DNA of 64,000 nucleotides from Eledone cirrhosa (taxonomy: Eukaryota): the NCBI GenBank assembly GCA_964016885.1, contig OZ024752.1:22444001-22508000 (forward strand), in the 5' to 3' direction. The translations under genes were made by a program, and so were the position numbers. Position 1 is the stretch's first letter. The number at the start of each line of letters is the position of its first letter. The notes below the pieces were generated by a model. It was not told the origin of the DNA. It did not search any database and saw only the letters and a program-made list of their open reading frames with translations. This document shows positions 49,724 to 61,161 of this stretch, piece after piece.

Positions 49724-50509
49724 ATGAGTCAACATCAATTACCGTCCTTCGCAGGCGACATCAAGTTGTGGTTTGCGCAGCTGGAATGTTTCTTCGAATT
49801 GACGAAGACAAAGGAACAGCATAAGCTGAAGGTCCTGATCAATAGCCTACCTGTTTCCTTGGCATTCTCGGCGAGGGACGTTGTGACGGATTTAGACGCC
49901 GACGTTACCTACGGCTCATTAAAAAAAGAAATCCTTCGCCGAAATACCAAGTCGGTAGAGAGCCGTTTTCGGGAGTTGTTGGACGATGCTCAAATGGGTG
50001 ACAGGAAGCCGAGCTCCTATTTGCGACATTTGCGGGAGTTGAGCGACTCTCAGGGGATTGACACCCCCTTCATAAAACAACTTTTTTTCTCACGCCTACC
50101 ACCAAGTGCGCAAAGAATATTGGTCAATAGTTTAAAGAAGGATTCAATAGAGCAACTTGCCGCGTCCGCGGATAGGATACTTGAGGTGGACTCGAACAGC
50201 AATCAGCATAATGCTTATGTGGCTTCAGCTTGCGTCCCTCCACGCAGTTCTTCTATGGCCGACGGCAAACTGTTGGAGTTGATTGAAGCTCTCACCAAAA
50301 AGGTAGAGGATTTGACGGTACATCACAGAGAGCCTTCTCAACGTTTGAGGTATCGTTCGCCGCCGTCCTCTATTCATCGCCAGCACTACAACGCAGGCAA
50401 CAATAATTCTTCGTTGTGTTGGTACCATGCTAACTTCGGCAGTAGGGCGCAACGTTGTCGCACGCCCTGTGATTATAAGAGATCGGGAAACGCAAAGCAG
50501 AGCCACTAG
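49724..50509 (+). CDS. gag: Gypsy gag
   Basis: LWFAQLECFF, MGDRKPS..LR.LR, CWYHANFG..AQRCRTPC (CHCC knuckle); G GGA AAC slippery site at 50485-50491. Confidence 0.9.
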   Translation: MSQHQLPSFAGDIKLWFAQLECFFELTKTKEQHKLKVLINSLPVSLAFSARDVVTDLDADVTYGSLKKEILRRNTKSVESRFRELLDDAQMGDRKPSSYLRHLRELSDSQGIDTPFIKQLFFSRLPPSAQRILVNSLKKDSIEQLAASADRILEVDSNSNQHNAYVASACVPPRSSSMADGKLLELIEALTKKVEDLTVHHREPSQRLRYRSPPSSIHRQHYNAGNNNSSLCWYHANFGSRAQRCRTPCDYKRSGNAKQSH

Positions 50510-53500
50510 GAGCGGCTAGTGAACTCTGGGAAAACCGACCGAACCGCCATCTTTTCGTATACGACCTGCGGTCAAAAAAATTTTTCCTTGTCGATACTGG
50601 CCAGTCAGTTATCTCAAAAAAAGCCCAGCCGAAGCAGATATAAATCTACGAGCAGTCAACCACACGGCCATTCGAACGTATGGGCAAATTTCGCTTCCTC
50701 TTCGGTTAAAAAATTTGCGGCGTGATTTGAGGTGGAAGTTTACTGTCGCCGACTTGCCATACGCCATTTTGGGAGCGGATTTTCTCCACCATTTTTCCTT
50801 GTTGGTGGACATTCGCAGACAACGCCTTGTTGATACTGAAACAGGCCTTTCTTTCGAGGGTTCAGAGCCGGACGTCGCCACCGTCAGCCCTTCCTTTTTC
50901 TTGGCTGAAGTGGGCAACCAGTATCAAAGCCTGCTACATTCATTCCCTCAGTTGACGCAGGGAAAGTTAAGAATAACTAGCCCGGATCATGCGATTGAAC
51001 ACTTCATATCCACTACAGGTCCACCTGTTTTCTCACGTCCTCGAAGATTGTCTACAGAGAAGATGAAAGCTGCACGTCTTGAATTCGACCACATGCTGGA
51101 ATTGGGAATAATTCGGCGCTCCACAAGTCCTTGGGCATCGCCTCTGCATATGGTACCTAGATCTTCTGGGGATTGGAGACCGACGGGTGACTACCGACGC
51201 TTAAACGCGATTACTGTGCCTGACCGTTATCCAATCCCGCATTTGCAGGATTTTGCGTCGTCATTGCAGGGTTGCAGAATCTTTTCTAAGCTTGATTTGA
51301 TCCGCGCTTATAACCAAATTCCGGTTAACGAGGAGGATATCCCAAAGACTGCTATTGCCACTCCTTTCGGATCGTTCGAGTTCCTCACTATGCCTTTCGG
51401 CCTTAGAAACGCTGCAAGTACCTTCCAACGATTTATGGATGATATTACTCGGGGCCTGGATTTTGTGTACACTTATATCGACGACGTGTTGATTGCTAGT
51501 TCTTCCCCTCAGCAGCATTCAAAGCATCTGGATCTCGTGTTTCGTCGTTCACAGAGATATAATGTTCGAATTAATGCTTCCAAGTGTGTTTTCGGCTCGA
51601 CTTCACTAACATTTTTAGGCCATCTGATTGACGCCGATGGTATTCGACCTCTTCCTGAGAAGGTTAAGGCAGTATCGGATTTGCCTCCGCCAAGTTCACT
51701 GCGTCAATTGCGTCAATTCCTGGGCCTTGTAAATTTTTATAGGCGATTCGTACCTGGTTGTTCCAAATTGCTGTTCTCGTTGACAGAGATTTTTAAGGGT
51801 TGCCGGCGTAAGAATATGGACATTTCCTTAAATGAAACGCAGCTTGATGATTTTAAAAAAGTGAAAAAGGCGTTAGCGAACGCGTCTTTGCTCGCCCACC
51901 CAGTACCCAACGCCGAGCTATCGCTCTGTGTTGATGCTTCGGATAGCGCCGTGGGCGCAGTCTTACAGCAGAAGGGTGATGGGGTACAGCAACCACTCGA
52001 GTTCTTTTCGAGGAAGTTAAAGCCTTCAGAAACTCGCTATAGCACCTTTGGAATGGAGCTATTAGCAATTTATTTATCAGTGAAACATTTTGCTCATGTA
52101 CTTGAAGGTAGAACATTCACCATTTTCACTGATCATAAACCCTTGACGTTTGCTCTTCGAACTAAGGCAGACAAATACTCGCCCAGAGAAACGAGACATC
52201 TGGACTTCATCTCACAGTTCACGAACGACATTCAAAATATTCCGGGTTCTTTGAATACAGCGGCCGATGCGCTGTCTCGCCTGCCGATCGCATCGATTTC
52301 GTCTTCCGAGGAGATAGATTTACATCGAATGGCAGCTGCCCAACCCACTCTCGAATCGTTGGATGTTACATCGCCAGAGTTTGTACATTGCAAACTGAAA
52401 TACATTCCGATCTCAACTGCTGACGGACAGATACTGTGTGATGTTTCGTTGGACTCACCACGACCTCTAGTCCCAGTGGAACATCGACGAACTGCGTTTC
52501 TCGCTTTACATGGCATTTCTCACCCAGGAGTATCAGCCTCAGTAAAACTCATAACAGCCAGATTTTTCTGGCCTGGTATGAGACGTGACATTGCTGCTTG
52601 GTGTCGTTCCTGTGTCGCTTGCCAACAAGCGAAAGTTCATAGACATGTTAAGGCTCCTCTCGGAACCTTCACCTGCCCCGATGCAAGATTTCGTCACATT
52701 CATGTGGACATCGTCGGCCCGTGGCCGGTTAGTCGTGGTTTTTCGTATCTTTTGACGATTGTTGACCGTTTTTCGCGTTGGCCTGAAGCCGTCCCTATAA
52801 CAGATATCACCGCCGAAACCACAGCCCGTACCCTCGTATCTTCGTGGATCGCTCGTTTCGGTGTACCAACCACCATAACAACGGATCGTGGTCGTCAATT
52901 CGAGTCTAACCTCTTCCGAGAGCTAACTCAAATCCTGGGGGCTACTCGAATAAGAACCACGGCTTACCACCCAGCCTCAAACGGAATGGTGGAAAGATTC
53001 CACAGGCAGCTCAAAGCCTCCTTAAGGGCTTCCATGGACTCTTCACGTTGGAGCGAGTACCTACCCATTGTATTGTTGGGTATTCGGTCGACGGTAAAGG
53101 TGGACCTTGGGTTCTCCTCTGCCGAATTAGTTTATGGTACGCCTCTGGCGTTACCGGGGAAAATGCTGGCCCCTTTTGACCTGACTTCGCAGGACCCCGC
53201 TTCCTACGTGTCCCGGCTTCACTCTTATTTCAAGGATCTACCACCGATGGGCACTAGGAAGCAGACTGTAAAAAATGCCGTCCCAAGGGATATTGCCTTG
53301 TGGACCCATGTGTTCGTTAGAGACGACGCCGTGAAACCCCCTCTTCAACGGCCGTACTCTGGACCCTATCGTGTGCTTGCTCGCACAGACAAACATTTCA
53401 CACTGGACATTCAGGGTTCCAGGGAAACGGTTTCCGTTGATCGTCTCAAACGAGCAAACCTGGACAATGACACAATGACACTTGAAACTCAAATGCCCCC

Positions 53501-53621
53501 CTCTTTTTCTTTGCCACACAGGCCTATTTCTTCCCCTCCCCCACCATCAACACACAGAACTACGACCCGTTCTGGGCGAAGGGTGCATTGGCCCCGTAAG
53601 CTATGCAGTAATATAAACTGA
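50486..53621 (+). CDS. pol: Gypsy pol (damaged protease; intact RT-RNaseH-integrase ORF 50715-53621)
   Basis: FLVDTG in the -1 frame followed by a deletion and stop; [51 protein letters not shown]. Confidence 0.92.
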
Positions 53622-54103
53622 ATTATATATATATATATTTTTTTTTTTGTTTTGTTTTGTTATTTTTTTCCTTCCAATTGTTTTTGTTGTACATTGCATT
53701 TTGTTACTTTTGGATTCTTGACTGCCTACGGCAGTGTCAATATATTATATTTTGCGTAACATTACGACTGTTGTCAATTCTGACACAGTCCCTTTTTTTT
53801 TAGTGCATTTTTATAACTATGCTACATATGGCATTTTCATTGCCTAGCAAAACATTTTTTTTCTTGTTTATCGCATCTGGGGCCCCTTTATTGCGAAGAG
53901 TGTTATCTTTTCATGCATTTTGCATCTTTTACTGTACGTTTTTTTTTTTTTTTTTTTTTTTTTCTGTGTTAATGCTTGCAGACATGAACCTATTTATTAT
54001 TTTTTTTTAATTTTTAATTTGTTGATACATTCTTCTACATTTTGTAAACTACCTTCGCTTCATTGTTAACGATTTTGCGACAAAAAATCTGCTCCGAGGT
54101 GAA

Positions 54104-54367
54104 TGTAGTGGCTGAGATGGTCGCTTGGTAGCTAGCAGTTGCCTCCCCTTAACAACCCTTCAGGGAAGGGAGGCAAAAATACACCCGGACACAGCCACAG
54201 GTTCACTCACTCTTTTTGGACCACGGACATGAACAGACGTGGAAAGATCCGCTCCTCAAAATATTGACGTTGGAGGAAATTTACTAAATTATTGCATTAA
54301 ATAAAATGATTGTTAGACTTGATTGTGCATTTATTTATTCGACAAAGAGAAACATCACTTTTCTTTA
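54104..54367 (+). repeat. 3' LTR
   Basis: Matches the 5' LTR; followed by the GGTG TSD. Confidence 0.95.
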
Positions 54368-54499
54368 GGTGTATACACATATATGTTGTTGTTGTTGTTA
54401 TCACTGCCACTGTCGTATCCTTCCTCTTGTTAATGGTAGTGTTAGTTGATACCGATACATATTTCGACTGCCAGGCTGGTTGCTGGGGCTCGAATGCCT

Positions 54500-54930
54500 T
54501 CTTTCACTCAAGATGTGGGGTCGTTGTTATTGTCACTGTTGCTGTCATTGCCTTCCTCTTGGTAATGGTAGTGATAATTGTAGAATGTATGTGTGTTGAA
54601 GAATTCCTTAATGCAGGTATGGAGTGGTCGAGTCATACTACCAATGTAAAACTCCTTACATTTGTTGCATTCAATCCGGTATACCACATGTGTCGCTATC
54701 ACATACCTATGACGCAGATAGGACAGTTAGTTAACATGCATTGATTGTTGTTGTTAGATGGGTATCCCTGCAGTGAGCTAATTGTATGTCCAGTCCTTCC
54801 TTGCCTGCAGATGGCTCTGAGGATAGCTGTGGTTATGTTTTCACTGAAGTGTGGTACTTTCATGAAGTAGGTGTTAGAGGAGGTCTTATGACTGGTCTCT
54901 CTCGTCTCTGTAGTTATTACTGTCATGTCT
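54500..54930 (-). mobile_element. Penelope-like GIY-YIG fragment
   Basis: CMLTNCPIC...THVVYRIECNKCKEFYIGSMTRPLHTCIKE. Confidence 0.7.
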
Positions 54931-55329
54931 GTCTTTGTATAGCAAATATATCGTAATATCTAACATGTCTTTCTGTTAATGAAATGTAATTAATCATAAA
55001 AGACTCACCAAGTCACAAATGATACTTGTACTGTTTTGGTTCTGGGTCAAGCTGAAATATAAAAAGATAAAAATTATTGAGGAACCTTCTTTGTTTTAAT
55101 TTTATTGTTATCTTTTTTTAACATTGTTAAAATTTGTTTACATGCAGAACCCACACCCCAACACACACACCAACACACATACCAACACACCCCAACACAC
55201 ACACCAACACACATGCCAACCGACCCCAACACACTATGTTTTCGTCCTGTACTGTCATAATGTTTTTCTTGATGTAAACCTTCTGTGGTTGATAGAGAAA
55301 CAATTATTGTTATTATCATTATTTCTATC

Positions 55330-55512
55330 ACAAACAACACCACCAACAACAACAGCAACAATAACAGCAACAATAACACCAACAACAACACCATCAATAA
55401 CAACAGCAACAATAACACCAACAATAACACCAACAACAACACCATCAATAACAACAGCAACAATAACAGCAACAATAACACCAACAGCAACACCATCAAT
55501 AACAACAGCAAC
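55330..55512. repeat. Compound (AAC/AAT/AGC/ACC)n trinucleotide microsatellite
   Basis: Read directly from the sequence. Confidence 0.9.
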
Positions 55513-55519
55513 TTAGAAT

Positions 55520-58500
55520 AGGCAGTATAAATGCACGTGGCCTGGGGTCATCTTGGAAGCAGGGTCACCTGCTCAACGACCTCAAGTCACTAAACATAGA
55601 TGTGGTGGCCATCAGCGAGACCAGAATCTCCGAAGCACGAGCCTTCGCACCGATCTTCGGCGGCTATGATGTATACGCATCTCCCAGCCGTCCAGGTTCG
55701 AGGGTAGGGGTTGCCGTCCTTTTTCGGAGAGGCTTGGATCTCGCCATCTTCCTGGACCCAGAAGGTAAGTCGGTGGTGCTGGACGTGACCGAAGGCAATG
55801 TTTTCAGGCTAGTAGCCGTCTACGCCCCAACTGGGGCAGGACGGCCAGATTTCTTCAGACGTCTAGAGACCTTTCTTGGAACGTCCCGCTCTTTAGTGTT
55901 AGTGGGCGACTGGAACGGTATCTTGGATGCACGCTGGGATTGTGTGGGGCTAGTGGATAGGGGAGGAGGGTGCAAGAGCCTCACCAACCTGCTCAGACGT
56001 TTTGATCTGTCTGACAGGTATCGACTGGATCACCCGAATGTGCCAATGTGGACATGGACAAACCGCATCAGGTCATCCAGATCGTAACTTGATAGGGTAT
56101 TCTGCAGAATAGATAAGGCTAGTATAAGTTGTCCACAATTTGTGATCTGTGAGATCGACATAGACAGACTTCATAGACAAGGGCCCGGTTACTGGAAGCT
56201 GAACGAGTCTTTCCTGGCGCGCAAAGCCTACAGAGACCGGATTAGCGTATTAGTTAAGCGGGCATTGACGGGAGTGGTCGTCAACAACAGGTGGTGGTTC
56301 GCCCTGACAAGGGCAATTAAAATAGAGTCGATTAGGTTTAGCAAAGGACTAGTGATAGAGGAAAATAGAGTAGAAGGAGAGCTAGTCAGAAAGCTAGAAG
56401 AGGCGTTTAGGACAGGCATCGCAACCGACGTGCTTGCGGCGAGATTGGCACTCGACCAATTCTTCAACGCAAAACACGAAGGCTCCGTTGTCAGAGCTAG
56501 AGCGCGTACTCTGAAACAAGAGGGGACAAAAGCCGTCCAATGGGCCCGGATGGCAGAGGCGCGACGTGGCAACAAAGCCACAATTCGGTCTTTGCCTGAC
56601 CCAAACGGGCGCGTGTTGCTCAAACCCGAGCAGATGTGTGAGGCTTTTCAGCAGCACTTTGCTGAACTGTTCAGGAACAGCGGCGGGCCGGATCGGGGCA
56701 TGGACTTCAGTGCATACCTCGACGGACTGCCTCGGCTCTTGACGACCGCAGCACAGTGTTGCGAAAAGCCAATAACAGCCAGTGAAATACGGGAAGCGAT
56801 GGCTAACTGCACGAGGGGTAAATCGCCAGGTTTGGATGGTCTGCCCTACGAGCTTTATGCATTTATGCCAGACTTGTTCGGGGACCTATTGGTAGACGTC
56901 TACTGCAACTGGCAGCAGAACGGGAGCATTCTCAGTTTTGTGAGCCGGGGAGCGGTGGCGCTGCTGAGAAAAGATCCGAACAAGGGGATGTTATCGATAA
57001 CTTCAGGCCCATAACACTACTAAACGCAGAGTTCAAGATTTTGGCCAAGGTGTTAGCAACGAGGTTGGCGCTTATCCTTGAGGGTCTGGTGGGAGAGGCG
57101 CAGACATGCGCCATTCCGAACAGATCCATACACGACAACCTCCACCTCATGTGATACATCGTAGAGAGGGTGGTTAAGAAACCTGGCACGGGTGGGGCCC
57201 TGATCAACTTGGATCAATCCAAAGCATTTGATAGGGTCGACCATCAGTACCTGGCGGCGATCCCCGAGGCAGCCAGTTCGGGCCCGTTTTCAGAGGTTGG
57301 ACCATTGCGAAGTACAGTGACATCTGCTCAGTTGTGAGGGTCAACGGTCACCTGTCGCAGCCGTTCAGCATCATGCGCTCGGTCCGCCAGGGTTGTCCCC
57401 TCTCGTCCCAATTGTACATATTTCCTCTCGAGCTGTTACTGCACAAACTGGAGGCGATGAGGGGCGTCCCACGCGAACTAGGATGCGGGAAATCCGGATC
57501 GGCTTACGCTGACGACATCACCGTGGTGGTGTCGAGCACCAGACACGTCCAGATGCTCGGCACCGCTCTCAAGGAATACAAAGCGGTGACAGGAGCAAAG
57601 ATAAACCAGGAAAAGTCGGTGGGTTTGCAGCTCGGCACCCGGAGAGGCAAGTCCATGTCGTCCAACAGCGTCGTGGGGCGTCGGACGGACGGCCCGGTTA
57701 AATTGCTTGGGGTCTGTTTCGGACCGGACCTCCAGATGGAGAAAAACTGGAGCGAGGTGACGAGCAGGGTGGCCTCTCTCACCCAGAAATGGGCCGAGAG
57801 GAAGATGTCCCTGAAAGGCCCGGCGGAGGTGGCGAATGCGTACATCGCATCCGTCATCTGCTACCGCCTCACCGTCGTCCCTTGCCCCGGCCCAACTCTC
57901 CACAAAATGGAGCGCCTCTCCTCCGCTTTTTGTGGAAGGGACGCGCTCCCATGGTCAGACGATCCATCTGCTGCCAACACCCGTTGCGTGGAGGACTGGG
58001 CATGCCATGGCTGATGATGCGCAAACATGCGCTGAGGCTGCGATGTCTCTGGTGCTTCCTTGACGGTTAACAGGTGTGGTCGCCGTTCGCCAGGCACGTT
58101 TTCCCACAACTCGTCTCCTTGACGGATCTGCAGTCTTAGGTCAGGAAAAGACCGAGAGATAGTGCTTGGAAACTGGAATGTCTCCAGGCGCTCACCGCCC
58201 TCTGCCAGCTAGGCACCAGTATCGGTGGAACATCCACCTCGGCAGTCTATAGAGGACTATTGGAGGGGAAGAGCGACGTTCTCGGAGAGATCCTGGGCGT
58301 CGAAGAAGATCAGCTGTTTGCTCTCTTCCGGAGAACTTTCAGCCCAGGGCCTATGGATAACTTCCAAAAATCCCTGGCAGTGCTACCGAAGAGCGTTGCC
58401 GGTTCGAGATAAGCTCTACAGGCACAGAAGTGCCGTCAGCCGAGCCTGTCCGAGATGCGCGCAGAGCGACGAAACCGTCGGGCACGCACTCGTTCAGTGC

Positions 58501-59180
58501 CCGAACATTGCTGACTTGTGGAGCTATGTCGAACAGTTGCTGTCGCATGTAAGACTGATCTGGTTATCGACTGAGTCCATTGTGCAGATGGTCTCGCTCG
58601 CCGTCTTCCTTCAAGGAGGAAGGGCAGGCGGTTTTCATTTGCCTGGTGGCCATGGCGAAAGAGATTGTGTGGTGGACAAGGTTGAAAGGGTTAAAGACAG
58701 ACACTTTCCTCTTTGGCCAATCCCTAATTAACTTTTTCAAGTTTCACTTGAAGAGGAAAATCAGGGTGGAGAGGCAAGTGCTGCCTTCTAGCAAGTTTGT
58801 TGAAAGGTGGGTGAATGTAGCGAGAATAGTCTGAATATACGCCTGTAGTTTAAGAAATGGAAAGGTTGAGAGAGGGCGCTTGCCCTGGTGGTCAGGGTGG
58901 CCGTGGTCTTTTGTGTGGTTTTCGCCACGAGTAACCCTCGGAGGTTTCCCCACCTATTGGGGAATTTTTCATTGTTTCAATTTTCATTTTTATTGTTTAT
59001 ATATATATGTTTCTATGTCTTTTTTTTTCTTTTCTTATATAAATAATAAAAATCTTTAAACGCACAAAACCCACATCGTACCGTCCTGTACCGTCCTGTG
59101 CCATCTGTAATGTTTTTCTTGATGTCAGCCCTTGTGGCCAATAAAGAAATCATTATTATTATCATTATTATTATTATTAT
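55520..59180 (+). mobile_element. Tx1/L1-clade LINE ORF2 (APE + RT + CCHC), degenerate, 5'-truncated at the APE start
   Basis: SINARGL, AISETR, VYAP, GDWN, GPGYWKLN, GKSPGLDGLP, QGCPLS, AYADD, CPRC...HALVQC; AATAAA + (ATT)n tail. Confidence 0.92.
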
Positions 59181-59181
59181 T

Positions 59182-59368
59182 GAGGGCGGCGGACTGGCAG
59201 TATCGGTAGAGGGTCGGACGCCATGCTTTCCAGCATAGTTACGTCCCTTTATGATCTGAGTTCAAATCCCGCCGAGGTTAACTTTGCCTTTCATCCTTAC
59301 GGGGTCGATAAAATAAAGTACCAGTAATGCACTGGGATAATTGTAGGCCTTGTACCTAAAGTAGAAAC
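59182..59368 (+). mobile_element. Full-length tRNA-derived SINE inserted in (ATT)n
   Basis: GGCGGCGGACTGGCAGTATCGGTAG...GAGTTCAAATCCC...TTGCCTTTCATCCTTACGGGGTCGATAAAATAAAGTACCAG. Confidence 0.9.
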
Positions 59369-59387
59369 TATTATTATTATTATTATT

Positions 59388-61041
59388 CTTTGAGTCTCAG
59401 TCATTGATGTTAGTTAACTGGAAAGTTTGTTGAAATGAATATCAAGCCACTACCTGCAGCCTCAGATATTCAGGACGTATCGGAGGGTTCTTGCTGTTCC
59501 CAGCAAGCATGCCTTTTGAAGCGTTCCAAAAAGCGTGAAGGGGCCAATTTTCTTTAACCATCCCTGGAAACTTTTTGAGATAGTACCTAGTGCACCTATG
59601 ACAATCGGGACCACTTTGACTTCATGGCAGTTTCAAATCCTTTTTACCTCCCACTTTAAGTCCTGGTATCGGTTAATTTTCTCCCTCTCCTTCTCTTGCA
59701 CTCTCGTGTCGAATGGGCAGGCCACATCCACAATCAGGCACGATCTTTTTTCTTTGTCCACAACCACCAGGTCAGGTCTATTGTGTTCCAGTTTCTTGTC
59801 CGTCTGTATCCTAAAATCCCACAGCACCTTCACCTGATCATTTTCTATCACCGACTCTGGCTTATGCTCATACCACTTCTCAGAATGTGGTAAATTGTTT
59901 ACTTTGCATAGGTGCCAGTTGATCACCCTGCCCATCACATCATGTCTCCAGCCCTTATAGTGAGTCTGGGCTAGGTGTTTACACTCGGATACAATGTGAG
60001 CCACAGTCTCCTCTCTCTCTCTCCACAGATCCTGCACAGTGGGCTAGCCTCCTCCTTGTAAATATGGTGTTTCAACCACTTCGTTTTGAGGGCCTGCTCT
60101 TGCGCAGCAATTAACATTCCTTCTGTAGCCTTTTTAAGGTCTCCTCTTTTCAACCAGTTCCATGTCTGTGGATCTCTGAATTCAGTTTTCTCAAAGAAGG
60201 TACTATGAAGGGATTTTTCCTGAAGGCTGCTCTTTCTTCTTGATGTTATTTCCTCCTTGGACATCCCCTGGTCTATTGTCCTCTCCTTCAGTACAGTTCT
60301 GAGCATTGGTTCCTTACTATCAGTCACGTATTTGTGTAGGTTGTTTTTCTCCATCTGAACACAGTCCTCTATGCTGATAAGACCTCCTCCACCTTCAGAT
60401 CTTCTTAAGTAGAGTCTATCAACATCACTCCTCTTGTGGAACATGTTGTAGATAGTCAATAGCTTCCTAGTCTTCCTATCCATTCCTTTTTGTTCAGCAA
60501 CATTCCATCTCAGAATTCCCGCACTGTACCTAATAATAGACACAGCTCGGGAATTTACTGCACTTATGGCTCCTTACACTCCGAATGTATTCAGTTCTTA
60601 TCAATTCCTTCATTTTTTTGTTCTTGATGTCATCAGCCTCCAGAACACCCAAATACTTGTATCCTTCTTCAGTGTCAATTTCCTTTATCATCTCACCTGG
60701 ATTCCGTTACTTCTGCTCAATTTACCCCTCTTCATCACAAGGACTCCACACTTACTAATACCAAATTGCATACATATATCACTGCTGAAAATACGGACAG
60801 TGTCAACAAGCACATCAAACTCCTTCTCACTCTTCCCGAAGAGCTTAAGATCGTCCATGAAGTGGAGGTGATTGATGGTAAGCCCTCCCTTTCCCAACCT
60901 GTATCCTGCTCTCACTTTTCGCAGTACACTGGTCAGGGACATCAGGGCAAGGACAAACAACAGAGGGGACAGACTATCTCCCTGGAAGATACCTCTCTTG
61001 ATCTTCACGCTTCCCAAGGATTCTCCAGCTGATGTTAACTC

Positions 61042-61042
<1 letters not shown>
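59388..61042 (-). mobile_element. 5'-truncated R4/Dong-like RLE retrotransposon, degenerate
   Basis: Paralog of 61088-62782 with deletions and frameshifts; flanked by (TAA)n on both sides. Confidence 0.92.
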
Positions 61043-61075
<33 letters not shown>

Positions 61076-61161
61076 GTTATTGTTATTCCTTGAATCGCAG
61101 TCATTGATGTTGGTTAACTGGAAAGTCCGTTGGATTGAATATCAAGCCACTACCTGCAGCC

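Larger units (their letters stand above)
48930..54367 (+). mobile_element. Full-length Gypsy LTR retrotransposon (CsRn1/Boudicca-like)
   Basis: 264-bp LTRs at 48930-49193 and 54104-54367 (2 differences seen); GGTG 4-bp TSD; PBS TGGCGACCCTGACG (tRNA-Trp-like); gag and pol present. Confidence 0.95.

Noticed and set aside
55074-55521. Poly-Leu, poly-Thr and poly-Asn ORFs
   Set aside because: They are translations of a trinucleotide microsatellite; the same applies to 8625-9051, 14038-14451, 31274-31500 and 35811-36834.
59182-59270. tRNA gene (A and B boxes)
   Set aside because: No cloverleaf; it is the head of a multicopy SINE, as at 32683.
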